Shown here one piece after another: positions 45,185 through 58,016 of a DNA stretch of 64,000 nt (position 1 is the first letter of the stretch; every line of letters starts with the position of its first letter). Origin of the DNA: Phyllosticta citribraziliensis. Taxonomy: Eukaryota. Location: contig NW_027117346.1 of the NCBI RefSeq assembly GCF_038025025.1, positions 992,001-1,056,000 on the forward strand, read 5' to 3'. A program made the position numbers and the translations under genes. Under the pieces are notes generated by a model. The model saw nothing but the letters and a program-made list of their open reading frames with translations, searched no databases and was not told where the DNA came from.

Positions 45185-48100
45185 TTAAAAAACCGTCGAA
45201 TCATTCTGCACTTTGACCGGGCCCCTAATCTTGAGGCCTGCAGGAACCTGTTCCAATTCACTCTCATCGGCTTCATCGACGCGATATGCAGACCTGGGAG
45301 CTGCATTGCTACCACCTCGCATGACCTTGGCTTTGGACTTCCGCGAATCTCTCGAGTCATCGTCTGTGCTCGGCCGGCCATCCGATCCCGTCGAAGTGCT
45401 GCCATGCGAATTGCTACGGCCGAAGCCGAAGCGGCGACGCTTGGGGTTGACGGGTGGCACAGGAGGAGGGTCCATCATGCCGTTTCGTAGGCTGGCACCG
45501 GCAGGAAGCTCAATCGTGTCGACAACCGAGGTAGACGAAAGAAACATGGGTTCCGAGATTATGGATTTTTGAATCGACTTCTTGCGTGGCAGATCCGTCT
45601 TGCTGCGGCTCGATGACTGCATTGGGACTGGAGGGGGTGCGCGATCCGGGGCAAAGTCAGAGATTTCGGGAGGAAAACTGTTGATTTGGGGCGCCGAGTG
45701 ATTTGGCTGCTGGCCAAACAGTGACTGGGGCTTGCGTGGAAGAGGGCTCGGTGCCAGAGGAGTACCACCAGGTGAGCGTCCCGTGCCCACGTAACCCCTG
45801 TGAGCATTCATGCCGGATGGTATGGCGGAACGGTGGCCCTGCGCAGGCCCTGGACTGCGAGCCGGTCCCGGCGGAAGCATAGACGTCTGCAAGGACGTCT
45901 TGCTGCTCTTGGGAGCGATTCCTCGGGACCCCGGTGAACGCTCGCCAGACAGACCAACTGCAGGTGAGCTTGGCCGAGGGTCCGGAACAGGCAGAGAAGC
46001 GGTAGAAATCTGGTCAGGGACAGGGGGTAGATCAGCTTCGCTGGGACGAGGAGGACGGCTCTGCGCGCGGCCCGAGACAAGCGATCCAGAGCGGCTCCTA
46101 GGGCCGCTGGTGATGGAAGAGGACCTGCTCTTGGATGCTCCCAGGGTCAAACGCTCCTCAAAGTCGCGGCGATATCCGTCATCCGGCGAACCAATAGGCT
46201 TGGGCGACCTGCCAAAAGGTCGATTCCACGTGTCTTCGCTCGTGCGGGCCAGGGAAGCAGAGCTAGGACTTGCGAGGCCAAGCAGTGCCGTCGTTTTGGA
46301 CGGACCCTGCCGCGTTGCAAGAGAGTCGCGGCTCGTTTTGGGGCGCAACATGCCCAAGGCTTTAAACGCTCCTCCAACGCTAGGAGTAGGGCTACTAGAA
46401 CGACTCTCAGCCTCGACCTTGTTACGAAGCGTTTCCTGGATTGCCTTTTGACGCTCCGCAAGCTCCTTTTCAAATGCCGCGCGCTCAGCTTGTGTCGCAT
46501 GGCTGACGTTGCGGTGATGCTTGCTGCGCGTCTCTGACTCGGACTCGGAGCCTCCCCGAGCGCGAACAGGTTCCATCTTGGCTCCCCTCATGGCCCCAGG
46601 GCCTCTGTTGGTAGTGTCGATTGGGCTGACCGAACTTAGACTATCCACGTCGGCGTAGCGGTCAATATCCTCCAGATCCCAGGGATTCGAGTGGCTATAG
46701 CTCGACGTTGCGGGAGTGTCAGACAGCTGGTTTGCGCGACCCTTGGGTGATTTGGCGTCTGGCTCCGGGCCGTACAGCGAAGACTGGTCGCTTTGAGAGC
46801 GAAGATGTTGTCGAATCATTCCGCTCAACCCTCCGGCTGGGCCCAACGTGGGCGAGTCTACATCAGTGGCATCTGACTTCACAACAGTGGAAATTGAAGA
46901 TTTGCCCTCAGAGTCCACAGGTGAAGTCCAGCTGTTGTTGGGCTCCTTCGGGTCTGGCTTGGGTGATGTCAAGTACTGGGCTCGCATAGCTGGGTGCTCC
47001 TCAAGGTGTGGGGAAGTGAGCGGAGGAGAGAGGACGCCAGCTCCGGGAACAGTGACAATGTTTCTCGGCGGCGTATATTTCTGGGACATAGTCGAAGGAG
47101 TTTGCTGCGCGGCAGGACGAGGCGCTTGCTCTGGACTTGAAAACTGCTCACTGTCACTGCCCCCCGACTCAATCGGAGACATGGGCCGCTCGTCTTCACT
47201 ATCAGCCGTGCTGGCTGCACGCATTTTGCTAGCAGCCTTTTGGAATACTGAAAAGGGTGTTGGTTTATCGTCTTCGTCCTCTTGTGCCTGTTGGACAGGT
47301 GTAGGCGGGAGATTCTTAGTCTGGATCGGACTCGGAAAGGTATTGCTGGAACTAGTTCCAGGACGACTATTACCCGAAGGACGACGACTGTTCGCAGCAC
47401 GACTGCTCCCAGGGCGACTGACTGGTTCATTAGTCGTCAATGGCTGCAAGGGAGCAGGCGGCCCGTTGCTGGTACCTGGGCGGCTGGCGTGGCCTGTGCT
47501 AGGACGGCTGGCAGGTCCATTACTCGTACCTGGACGACTACCAGCAGCAGACCCGTTGCTCGTGCCCGGGCGACTTGATGTCTCAAACTTTTCACGCTTT
47601 TCCAGGAACGAGCGAGGAGGCGCTGACGGGGGTGACTGATCAACAATCTCGAATCCAGCAAGCTCATCCTGCAGGGCGTCGAGTCGTGCCCGGGCACTCT
47701 GAGCCTGAGTCGTCGGTGTCTTAGACCTCTGGGGCAACGATTCCGGTGACTTGGGCTGTGGGCTGATTGCGGGTGGTGCTTGCCTGAGAGCTTCGGCTGC
47801 CCTCTCTTGGTTGATTTGCCTCTGGCGCTCCAAGTACTCCTTTTCGTCAAACCTTTGCGCGGGTTTGTTGAAAGCACCCATGGCCGTGGCTTTGCCGCGA
47901 TCATTTGGGTCGATAGCGCGAGAGAGGGGGCTATTCTCGTCCGAAGGCGTAACTGGCATGAAGGGGCTAGTTGGGGTGCCGGCACCTGGGCTCGAAGTAC
48001 CAGAGTCGCTGTCCACGATGCTATGCACAATGGCGCGGTTGTGTGCAATGGCAGTCGGGGATGGACTTGACGGCCTGAATCGATTGTTGTAGCGCTCATT

Positions 48101-49153
48101 GAGATTCGAAGTACTTTTGGCTTGACTCAAAGGAACAGGTCTGCCACCTGCGCGGGAGTTCAAGCGGCGCATTGCCGAGTTTTGCTGTTCCAGCATACTC
48201 CGATCCAGCCCCACCTCGTAAAGGCGTTTATTCTTGGTCCCTTGACGCTCGAGGCCTGGAGAAGGTATTGGAACAGCGCTCGCGCCTTGGGATGCTCCCT
48301 GGGATGCTATCGAAGTGGCCGCAGTCGAAACGCGCGTACCGCCTCCTGAGGTGGTCGAAGAATTGGTCCCTCGTCGGCGCAAGGAGCTCGAATATGAAGA
48401 GTTGACCTTGTCATCCGACATGTCCTCGTCGACAAGGCCATCTTGTCCGGTCAGCTTTTCTGCTGCTCTCATTCTCTGCCACGGCGACAATGTGACGTCC
48501 TCGTCGAAAACAGTACGATTACCGAGGTAGACCCGCGAACGGCCTCCAAACATGACGTTGCTCTCACCTGGCCGAGGCCTTGACATGATGCTGCCACTCT
48601 TCATGGATGCTCCGTCGTCGGAGCCGTAGCCGTCGGCCGAGTCGTGCCTGCCATAGAATGTGGGCCGACCTGATCCGGTGATGGACGATACCTCGGCAAT
48701 GTCGCCCAAGTTCCCCTGAGGAGTATATCCAAAGTCGCCCAGGCGGGAGGTGCGTTTCGGATGCAAGACGCTGTCGTCCATGGCCTTGCCCATCAGAGAT
48801 TCCGGGTTGTCTTGATCTCGGAGCATGGAGAAGCGTTTCGACAGATTCGGCATAATCAGGCTTGTGCGGAACGTGTCGCTGGAAGGGAGGGACAGCTCCA
48901 TGCTGACCTCGGGCTTGGGCTCCTCCAGAGTCTTTTTGCTCTTCTTACCCTTCTTGGAAGAGAGGAGCCCATTGCCGCCGTCCAACGTCTCCTGGGTCTT
49001 TTTGCGCGTCAAGAATCGACTCATGGTCGCCTTGTAGAGGTTAGTCACTCGGGATCTGTCGGTGGCGACGGGATCGCTGCGCGTGGAGCGAGCAGAGTCC
49101 TGCGAGGTCTTTGCCGCGAGTGGAAGCGGCATTGGCGCTCGAGGGGTGCCCAT
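45185..49153 (-). CDS. Large Ser/Pro/Arg-rich uncharacterised protein (up to 1322 aa)
   Basis: 3969-nt uninterrupted ORF, mostly disordered, with conserved-looking blocks FRTSLIMPNLSKRFSMLR, DRGKATAMGAFNKP and KSIISEPMFLSSTS. An alternative start MSRFLTRKK is possible. Confidence 0.85.
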   Translation of the reverse strand: MGTPRAPMPLPLAAKTSQDSARSTRSDPVATDRSRVTNLYKATMSRFLTRKKTQETLDGGNGLLSSKKGKKSKKTLEEPKPEVSMELSLPSSDTFRTSLIMPNLSKRFSMLRDQDNPESLMGKAMDDSVLHPKRTSRLGDFGYTPQGNLGDIAEVSSITGSGRPTFYGRHDSADGYGSDDGASMKSGSIMSRPRPGESNVMFGGRSRVYLGNRTVFDEDVTLSPWQRMRAAEKLTGQDGLVDEDMSDDKVNSSYSSSLRRRGTNSSTTSGGGTRVSTAATSIASQGASQGASAVPIPSPGLERQGTKNKRLYEVGLDRSMLEQQNSAMRRLNSRAGGRPVPLSQAKSTSNLNERYNNRFRPSSPSPTAIAHNRAIVHSIVDSDSGTSSPGAGTPTSPFMPVTPSDENSPLSRAIDPNDRGKATAMGAFNKPAQRFDEKEYLERQRQINQERAAEALRQAPPAISPQPKSPESLPQRSKTPTTQAQSARARLDALQDELAGFEIVDQSPPSAPPRSFLEKREKFETSSRPGTSNGSAAGSRPGTSNGPASRPSTGHASRPGTSNGPPAPLQPLTTNEPVSRPGSSRAANSRRPSGNSRPGTSSSNTFPSPIQTKNLPPTPVQQAQEDEDDKPTPFSVFQKAASKMRAASTADSEDERPMSPIESGGSDSEQFSSPEQAPRPAAQQTPSTMSQKYTPPRNIVTVPGAGVLSPPLTSPHLEEHPAMRAQYLTSPKPDPKEPNNSWTSPVDSEGKSSISTVVKSDATDVDSPTLGPAGGLSGMIRQHLRSQSDQSSLYGPEPDAKSPKGRANQLSDTPATSSYSHSNPWDLEDIDRYADVDSLSSVSPIDTTNRGPGAMRGAKMEPVRARGGSESESETRSKHHRNVSHATQAERAAFEKELAERQKAIQETLRNKVEAESRSSSPTPSVGGAFKALGMLRPKTSRDSLATRQGPSKTTALLGLASPSSASLARTSEDTWNRPFGRSPKPIGSPDDGYRRDFEERLTLGASKSRSSSITSGPRSRSGSLVSGRAQSRPPRPSEADLPPVPDQISTASLPVPDPRPSSPAVGLSGERSPGSRGIAPKSSKTSLQTSMLPPGPARSPGPAQGHRSAIPSGMNAHRGYVGTGRSPGGTPLAPSPLPRKPQSLFGQQPNHSAPQINSFPPEISDFAPDRAPPPVPMQSSSRSKTDLPRKKSIQKSIISEPMFLSSTSVVDTIELPAGASLRNGMMDPPPVPPVNPKRRRFGFGRSNSHGSTSTGSDGRPSTDDDSRDSRKSKAKVMRGGSNAAPRSAYRVDEADESELEQVPAGLKIRGPVKVQNDSTVF

Positions 49154-52100
49154 GGCGCAGCGAGAGCAAATACGTACAATGTCGGATTATGAGCGAGTGA
49201 CAGACAGGAACGAACGGGCGCTGCGGGGAGCGCGAGCTGCGAAGTAGACGTCGATCAATGGGCGGGCTCTGGCAGAGCAACGGGTGGATCGGACTTTTGG
49301 GGGAACCCGTAGGAGACATACGTGTACTGGGTGGTGTTTATCTGGAGAAGGCGTGACGTTGCACTGCAGCGGCCATGCAGCTGTCTTGTCGTGTCTTGTC
49401 GTGTCGAGTCGAGTAGGGTTGGGGTCGTGTCGCGACGACTGGAGGTCAAGGAGCGGAGTCGGGGTAGATCAGACGGTGGTGTTGGGCGTTTTGGCGTGAG
49501 GAGTGGCGCAGTCAAAAAATTGGGGAGAGAAAAGCGGTCGTCCTTTGGGAATGCGTAATGAATGGATGTGCGAGGATTAGCTCGCGACGGCGCGAGGGGC
49601 GGAGGGGGGCGAGTTGGAGCGACCGAGGCGTCGAAGTAGCGAGCGGCGAGAGAAGGACGAGAGGCGGAGAGAAGAGACGCGGTGGATTCGAATTCGAATG
49701 GAGTGTGGATTGGAGAGCAGCGAGAGAAGATCTGAAGCGCGATGGATGGCGAGGGCAGCGTCAATGGTTGACGAGCAAACGGGCTTGATTGGTCAGAAGG
49801 CGAGTCGGGGTGGAGGAGCAATTTCGCGGGACGGGGGCGCACGGACACGCAAGGGGGCAGCCCGTCAATTTCCACTTTGGGACCGACGGACTTGGTGAGG
49901 TGAGGTGAAGATGTTGAGGGCCAGAGACACAGACAATGCCATCTCTCCACCACATGCCTCTCCATCTGAACTGCAGTTTCATCCCCGCCCGGCCTGCAAC
50001 TGGAATCCCGCAGACGCGCGCATGAACAGGGCCTGGCTGGCTGACACCTCCTCAGTCGGCACCACCAACGCTCCAGGCCCTGTCGCGTCGCATCCCATCC
50101 CATCCCAACCCATCCCATCCTCTCCGTCGATAAAGGCGCCTCATTGTCGAGGTGCTTGTCCCAACATGGGTCATGCTGGGGCCTTCCCGCCGCGGCTCTT
50201 TCCTCTTCCTCGGTCGTGGCCCATCTCCCGCTCATCTCCTTCGCCGTACAAGTCGACGCCGCAAGGACCAAAGAACACCACGTCCGCCTATATTGATGTT
50301 TCTGGCCTCCTACCCAGAATCCGCATTTCCGTCCTTCGGCGCGCCTTGTGAGACTTTGCACCGAGGCCGCCCGCCCAAATCCCAGCTTCTCTCGGCGCCG
50401 TGCCCTTTTTCTTGCGGTTTCATCCGTGACACCCACCAACACTGGTCAGCCCAAAGCCGCCGCATCCCAGCTCTCGTCTCAGGTAAACTCTCCCCCCATT
50501 TCTCCTCTCGACCTGCATCATCGACATCACGCTCCACCGCTCCTCAAAACGATCAAAAAGATCACATCATGGTATCCGCCCGATCCACTGCTCCGGCCTT
50601 CCGCGCCAAAAACAAGTCTCGCTGCTCGTCGGCACGACAACTCAACCCTCCCGTCACTTGTTTCCAGCGTGCAGAAGAAGCGGGGTATGGACGGCATCAA
50701 AAGAAATCTGATCTGGCGACACCCGAATTCCAGTCGCTGTTGCTGTGTGGCTTCGTTTGCGCGCCAAAAAGCCCACCACATGGGCTCACAGACTCATGCC
50801 TGGTCACCTGTGGCCATGACTCGGGAACCCCAGATCAGCAGCACGCTCCTCCTTCACGCGTGCCATGGATCGTCATCCCAATCTGTCACCTTCGCAACGT
50901 GAACAGAAGAAAAAAGTTTAAACAGACGCCAGCGCTAGTCCTGTCGCTTCTCGCCCCACCTGTCATGACGCCTGTAGGTTCTGTCAAAATCCAGACGTCT
51001 CGATCGCTCGTCTCCTGCCGCTCGGCTCGACGAGACGAACAGAAGAATCTGGGAATCCAATCTTACGGCGGAGACCATGTTCGGCCAAATCTACGACACG
51101 CATGACCTCTGTCCATCGCGTCGCACCTTGGACCAGCCAACCCCAACATGCTCGCGCCCATGACAATCTGCTGGAGCACCCTCACTCAGTTGACAATGGC
51201 AGCAGTGGCGCATCATGAAGAGCAGTAGACGCAGAAAAACATGACTACGAGTGATAAAAACAGAGGGGGCCTCAAAAAAGAAAGAAAGAAAAAATAATGG
51301 ACCATGGCCGACTCGCACAAGGCAGGATCCTTGCCTGGTGCTTGCCCCTGGCGCGCGTTCCTGCATTAGGCATGCCGCTTTGGTACGCCACGGCTCTCGG
51401 ATGGTTGGTTTCACAGGGTTCTAGGGTACAACCTGACTACTCAACTAGCCCGTAAGCTTAACTGCGCGGGAGCTAGGCTAGGCTCGTGTATGTGCAAGTC
51501 CAACCAAAGGCGATGACTACATCATGGACAGCGAGCTGAGTCTGCAAGCAAGGCGCAAACAGCTCGTGTAAGCTGAAAATATTAGGGTGCGCGTATATTC
51601 TCGTGTTATTCTCGTGGCGAGCGCCGTCGCTGTCAAAGACGCCGCCGCCACTGACAGTTCTTTCGCATTATCTGACAGTGTTGGTCAAGGGGCAGGAGGC
51701 GTTTGGTGGCGGCGGAGCTTTCGCCGTTGGTTGTACAACGATACCTGGAGCAAACAAGCACGCCTCTTCGGCTGGACCGCAACCCTCGCCGAGAGAGGAA
51801 GACGAGGGATCTGCTAGTGCACCACGCTCATCTCCATTGTCTCCATTGTCCTTGCGCCGGCGTAAGGTGACGCTAGCCCACCTGTTGAACAGGACATCCA
51901 AGAGTCTGCCACTTGACGTCCGACACTTCTTTTTTGGCTAGAGTTGCAGGTCCCGCCGACGTATCTCCTTAGACCACACCGAAGAGCCTCCATCCAGGTG
52001 TGTGCTCATCAGAGCTTTAGGTCACTAACTTCAAAGTAAGCAGCTATGCCCTCATGCAGACACCAAGCGTGCAAAAGAAAACTTTACACAGTTAGCAACC

Positions 52101-53439
52101 AAACAATCAAACCCCGCCTGCAACACCAAAGTATCTCGTCAAGCCCAATCGCGAGCAAGAGCAATGATCCCTCGCAGTCTTCACACCGCAACAAAAGCGC
52201 CGTCACAACAGTTGCCGAAGCAGTCTCCAATCCAGACGCAAAACCCAACCCGCCAAAACCCTGAGCGCCCCCTTGCAAACTTTGCTTGAACCCTGAAACG
52301 CAAAACACACGCACCCACGCACGCCGCCAACAACAAGCGGCAGGAAGAAAACAACCTCAAACTCCATGCACGCGCCGTTGACCCGTCGCCTTGGTCTGCT
52401 CGCCATCGACTTCGCGCCATCATCGCCATCGCCGGCTGCCCCGGATCACTCCGAACCCGACAGACCCGTTGGAATGGTTCGCTCACCGGCGGCGGCTTGT
52501 TTCTGATCGCGACCGCCTCCCTCGCTCGCTTGTTTGCTCGCTCGTTGAAGAAACTAAACTTGCGTCGACTGGTGGCTAGCCAAAGCAAATCTGCGAATGT
52601 GAGACAATGGGGTCTGGGCCTGCATACATGACTACTAGTAGGACGGGGGAAAGGAGGTGGTGTGACGTCATTACGCCCCCTCCGGGTGCCAGCACAGGTA
52701 TCGGAATGCCTAGTCTTAAAAGTCGTGGCACACGCAACGCTGGGAGGAGCCAGTCAAGGCGTATTCACATACACTTCAACAGATACCCAACAGGGAGCAT
52801 TCGAGCCCCAGTCAGAAGAGCTTTATGGTTATGTGTGCAATGACTTTTGCTACCAAGCCTCGTACGCACAGAGAGGTGACGACCGTATGCATATGATTGT
52901 ATATACCGGTCCCTGGTTGTAGCTTTTGGCTAGGAGATCTTTGTAGGTGTCTAGATCGGAATGGCTGGCAGACGGTTCTTGCATGAGTGGACTGGAAGTG
53001 GACTGGCGAGTCTCATACTTGATCATATTGAACACAAGGTAGGCAGTTATCGAAAGCAAACTTTGATAATACAACTCGTCAAAGTTGTTGTTTTGTCATA
53101 TATGCGCGCTCGACTCCGCTATATCTTTACCATGAACGCCAATGACCTAAGAGACAGCTAAAAGGAAAATCAGAGCAAAGGAAAAAAGCGCCAGAGAGTG
53201 CGTGCGTGCCTGCTTCTTTTCTAGACGGATAGCAAAGCAACTAGCTAGCCCATGGGTGCTCATCTCATCTTGTCTTGTCTCGTGTCAGTCTTTTGATAAT
53301 CGCCATCAACAGCGGCGCTGCCAACCTGTCGCCTCTCAACTTGTACATCAGAAACAACGCTCTGGGCAAGACTTCAACAACGGGCTCAACTTCTCAGGGA
53401 ACACTCCCGTTCGACGCTCCTGCAGCCCCAACGAGCCCC

Positions 53440-55320
53440 TCACAGCTCATCCTTATTTCCATCCTTCTTCGCCGACCCATTGGCGCCGCCAACAGCACCC
53501 GGGCCACAGACAGCCGGCGTGCCCACCTCCATGCGATACACGCACTTCTCCTCCTCGCGGACCTTCCAAATCTCGTCATTCTCCGCACAGCCAAGGATGA
53601 CGGTAGTCATGCGGTTAGGGCCGTTCCAGCAGTGCTGGCCATTCTCGTACTTGATGGCCCAGCGCTCGCCGGATCCTAGGCCGCGGCCGTCCGGCCCAAC
53701 GTCCTCGTCGACCGTGACGGTCGTGAAGCCGGCAAAGTTGCCCATGTTGACGTGCGCGCCGCCCTTCTTCGGCTTTTGCATCGTCTTGGACAGAAAGCAG
53801 TGCTCGTACTCGTACTCGCCGCTGTCGACCGACGTGCAGCGCGACTTGAGCGCGCGGAACACGCCGTCCGGTCCGTAGTCGGTCGTCAGGTCGCTGCTGT
53901 GCTTTTCAATCTCCTTTTGGCCGTTGTCGCGATCGCGTTCGGCTGCGTGGAGGCGGTCTCGGGCTTCCTGCACGGCCTTGGTTTCGGAGACCGAGTCGCC
54001 GTCCGCGTCCTGTCCAGGAAGGACGCCGTTGTCGATTAGGAACGCCCGCAGAGAGCGCAGCTGTGCATCGACAAAGCTGCGAAGCGGCGCAGGGAGGTAA
54101 GCTGTGATGGAGTAGACTTGTAGAGTTAGTACCGAGTTCACCTGGCTTGGGGCAAAAACTTACGGACGTCGACGTCGCTTTCGGCGTCGCGCTCAAAGTC
54201 ATCCCAGTTCAGGCCTTCAATCTCGGGCTTGAGGAACTCATCCAGATCCCGATCTTGTGCGGCGTTGTCTTCGGCTGTCTTGGAGGCGGCGTAGTCCAAC
54301 CATGAGTTCACCGCCCTCTTTACACCCTCGTCGTTGAAGTTGGGGTTGTACTCTTCGGAAAAGCGAGAGAGGATGGCCTCCAGCTCCTTGACCTTCTCCC
54401 GACTGGCATCCCTCTCGCCCCTGACACGGGTCAAAGCCTCTATCAGTTCGTCGATCCGTTGCTTTGCCAGTCCCGCCAAAACTGCAAACTTTCCACCCTT
54501 CTTGCCTCCCTTGGCAATCCTGGCCTTCTCCTGCGCCTCGACTTCTTGCAGCTCCTTCTCCATATTTTCAGCCTTGATCCTGTGGCCCTCGAGCTCTGTT
54601 GCCAGTGTCTGCAGCCGATCCTCGACTTCCTTCTTCATACGTGCTGCCTCAGCCACCAACTCCTTCCTCTTAACTCGTGCCGCGTTTAACGACTTTTGGC
54701 GAGCCTCGTCATGCTTCCGCCACTCAGCACCAATCTCCTTGCACCGGTCCGCACATTTGACCCCGCCGACCCCCTCCCACTCATCGCTACCATCGCAGCA
54801 CAGCTCATAATCACAGACACCGTCGTTGACCGAGACGAAGGGAACGTAGGCCGGAATGTGTCCCTTGTTCTTGCAGTAGAAGCCGGGAAGCGTAGTGTTT
54901 GGGTCGGCGGAGGAGGGGTCGGCTGAGAGAGCGACGCCGCCAGCGGTGCGAGGAGAGAGAGGAGAAAGGTAAGCGCAAGCACTGGTACCTGGCTCATCAC
55001 TGCCATCGGGGCAGTCACAGTAGTCATCGTTCAAGCGGGAGACGGGGAGCACGATGCTCGGGTGGGAGATGCAGGCAAACTGAGCAGGGTCCTTGTAATA
55101 TTTGGCAACTTGAAAATAGTCAGGTCAGTGACTGATGGCTGTATATAGAGCGGCTCGAAAATTGGATGCGGGACGGAGGGGCAGGTAAGCTGGAGCTCCC
55201 GGCTGTTTACTTACACTCGGGACCTACTCCACGCGGCCTGGAGCTGCCTTCAGCCGCCCGGGCTGCGGGGGCAATGGCAGATCCGAGGAGCAGGAGAGCT
55301 TCGATTGACGTGCTCCTCAT
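53440..55320 (-). CDS. gtb1: Glucosidase II beta subunit (PRKCSH/Gtb1)
   Basis: Signal peptide followed by RPRGVGPE, LNDDYCDCPDGSDEPGTSAC, VNDGVCDYELCCDGSDE, MRH domain YENGQHCWNGPNR...EEEKCVY, and C-terminal KDEL. Confidence 0.95.
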
Positions 55321-55898
55321 CGTGGGACGTCACGGCGGTGGTTGGAAGGAGATCGGGGATGTTTGGGCTGGAGAGGGAGCTGGAGCTGTCGAGGCCAGCT
55401 TGCTGTGACGATGGTTTGCCTGGTCCGAGCTTCCATGCGGAGAAAACTGGGACTCGCCTGGTGCAACCACCACGACCACGCCGACCTCGACCACCCATCA
55501 ACTCCCGATCTGAGTGACAATGAGCAATTGTGGTCCGGGTACTCGGGATCATTCGTTGTCAGGATGCACATGTGCAATGCCTGGGCTCCGAGGAAGCGCT
55601 TCACGGAGCGAGGCCTCCTCCACCTGGGAAAGTACCACACGATGGCCAGCTGAGCATGGCAACTATAAAGTGCTCACAAATGCACCTTCCTCCGCTCAGT
55701 CAAGCCGATACGTTCACTGACTGACCATCTCCTTCGATGCTTCACCTCCCCTCTCCTTCGTCCTGCAAAGCCTAATCGACGCATCCCTTTCATCTTCATC
55801 AGTCGCTGCCTCGCTATCGCTGGTCGATAGACGGTTCACTCATTGATTCGGCTCACATCGACACAGCAGATTTTACCAGAACAGCTCAATCCTCAGCC

Positions 55899-58016
55899 AT
55901 GGCTGACAAGATGAACCCGTGGCTGGATCCATCAGCAGACGAGAATGTTGAAGTATCAACGCCAGCCACGGCCAGCGACTCTGACCCCCTGCAAATGACG
56001 CCCGAACGCGAGGAGCATGCACTCACCAAAAGCACATCTGACAACCAAACGCGAGGCAGCATACCGGATGAAGAGGAGTTGGACGCTCCAATGCGGTGGC
56101 CAATCAGGCACAACTCAGCATCCTCGGACCCAGTTACTCGTGAGCGTCGAGTGAAGAGACTGGGCCACTTGATCGAAAGAGCCAAACACCGCGCAGCGCC
56201 TGAGAGGAAACCCTTGCAGACACCAGTCGAGACAGTCCGTGTTCACCGTGTCCATGCCGTGGCAAACCCTGGCAAAAGGCGCACTTCTGCCACGGTTACT
56301 CCAAAGCTCCTATGGCTGACAAGACCTTTGGGCCACCACCAAGCGGGAGCGGAAAGATTGCTTCGACGTGCTGGCCGTCACATGAAGCCAAAATCCGGCT
56401 CTCATGCGGAGGGCACTTTGCCCATCTTGACGCCTTCAGAGGAGAGTGACCGTTCTCGAATCTCGGCTCCCGAGTATGCTGTGCTATCGCGCCGTGCAAG
56501 TTCTGGCGGACTGAGCAGCAGGAGCATTCCAAACATTGAGCCTTTGGGATACAGTCATCGTCACGAACGCCAACCATCCCTTCAGCTCCTATCCGAGGGT
56601 TACAGAAATAGAAAGGATAGCCTTTTTGTCAATCCTTCATCATCGCCCAGGTCTAGCATTACTCCATCAACAGACAGTGGCTCGCGTGGCTCGCGGCGTT
56701 CTGTAAAGAGCACGTGTGCTGACGTCGCGATAACAAAGGCGGATGTTCAAGCCGTCACAGTCTCGCCTACGCGTGGCAGCGACGACTCCTCTTCCTGTGA
56801 TACTCAACCCTCGGTCAAGCATGTAGTCGAGTCGGGACATGGCGCCTACGAAATAGTTTGGGACGACCATTCTTCTGCTTTCGACGCAGACGAATCGTCT
56901 TCTCGGCCGCGCTCGAATTCAGATCCATGTGCTTCTCGGCCCAGTCTTTCTGCATCGCGACGGGGCTCCTATCATTCATCACCTCCAGGCCTGATGGGCG
57001 TCAACACGAAGCTCGAAGAGTGGTGCTTTGCCGCGCGCGAGGCTACCGCGCTTGATCGCACTCGTAGCCATCCCCATTTCCGCTCCTACGTGGAAGTGTA
57101 TCAAGATCCAGAAGTGCCGACATTCGATTTTGAGGAAGATTCCTCCGAAAACCTCACCATGGCGCCGCCAAACAGCGCGCTCCACTCAACCCTCGCATCT
57201 CGTCGAGCCAGCATGGATACAACACCTAGATCTTTACTTGGATCCGCATCTCCTAGCCCTCAGCACACGAACGCTTCCGATTCCGAGACCGAAGACTTAT
57301 CCGTAGAATACAGGCCTTATACTCCCTTAGTCGACCTGTACGAACCAGAGCTCATCATTCCCAGCGGCTACTATTCGCCGCGCCCAAACAGACGCGTCAG
57401 ATCCAGCGATCGGCTGAAGCCGCAATCGCGAAGCTTCTCGGGCCTCTCATCTCTTTCAGAAGACACGCACGACCTGCTCTCTGTTCCCCAAACCTACTCA
57501 TCCAATCCCTATTGCGATACGCCTACGGTGGGCACAACTCACCAACAACGACAAATTTTTCGTCTGCAGCAAGAGCGGTACCCCTTCCTCCCGAATCCGC
57601 CGCTTGGCGGTGACTTGCTCAACGCTGCTCACCGCGACAGCATCGTCTTGGCCAAAGACCGCATCCGCAGGAAGCACGCTGCCGCCGCCGGCCCCATTCG
57701 CGACCTTCCGATCCCGAAGCAGCCGGGCTCGACTGCGCCCGCATTCACGACTGGCCCGATTATCATCCCCGTTCCTCGTCCCCCTTCGCAGCTTACGTTT
57801 GTCGGTGCTTTGAGTCCCATTCCTGATGGCAGTCCGCCGAATTGGGTGAAGGGAATCGAAGAGAGGGCCCAGGAAGAAGAGGATAGGAAGAAGGCGGTGG
57901 AGGCGGCGGAGGCAGCGACGCATCAGGACGAGGATGAACTCAAGAAAAAGGATGACGATGGACATGACGATGTGGAAGAAAGTGCTGCTGTCAACGCAAC
58001 CGAAGGTCAGTCTTAA
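55899..58016 (+). CDS. Ser-rich uncharacterised protein (705 aa)
   Basis: 2118-nt uninterrupted ORF with cagccATGG context and short conserved-looking motifs (AYEIVWDD, VNTKLEEW, HRDSIVLAK). Confidence 0.8.
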   Translation: MADKMNPWLDPSADENVEVSTPATASDSDPLQMTPEREEHALTKSTSDNQTRGSIPDEEELDAPMRWPIRHNSASSDPVTRERRVKRLGHLIERAKHRAAPERKPLQTPVETVRVHRVHAVANPGKRRTSATVTPKLLWLTRPLGHHQAGAERLLRRAGRHMKPKSGSHAEGTLPILTPSEESDRSRISAPEYAVLSRRASSGGLSSRSIPNIEPLGYSHRHERQPSLQLLSEGYRNRKDSLFVNPSSSPRSSITPSTDSGSRGSRRSVKSTCADVAITKADVQAVTVSPTRGSDDSSSCDTQPSVKHVVESGHGAYEIVWDDHSSAFDADESSSRPRSNSDPCASRPSLSASRRGSYHSSPPGLMGVNTKLEEWCFAAREATALDRTRSHPHFRSYVEVYQDPEVPTFDFEEDSSENLTMAPPNSALHSTLASRRASMDTTPRSLLGSASPSPQHTNASDSETEDLSVEYRPYTPLVDLYEPELIIPSGYYSPRPNRRVRSSDRLKPQSRSFSGLSSLSEDTHDLLSVPQTYSSNPYCDTPTVGTTHQQRQIFRLQQERYPFLPNPPLGGDLLNAAHRDSIVLAKDRIRRKHAAAAGPIRDLPIPKQPGSTAPAFTTGPIIIPVPRPPSQLTFVGALSPIPDGSPPNWVKGIEERAQEEEDRKKAVEAAEAATHQDEDELKKKDDDGHDDVEESAAVNATEGQS

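Noticed and set aside
49255..53400. 395-aa, 317-aa and smaller ORFs upstream of the 1322-aa gene
   Set aside because: They run through simple repeats and pyrimidine tracts typical of 5'UTR or promoter DNA, with no protein-like signal.
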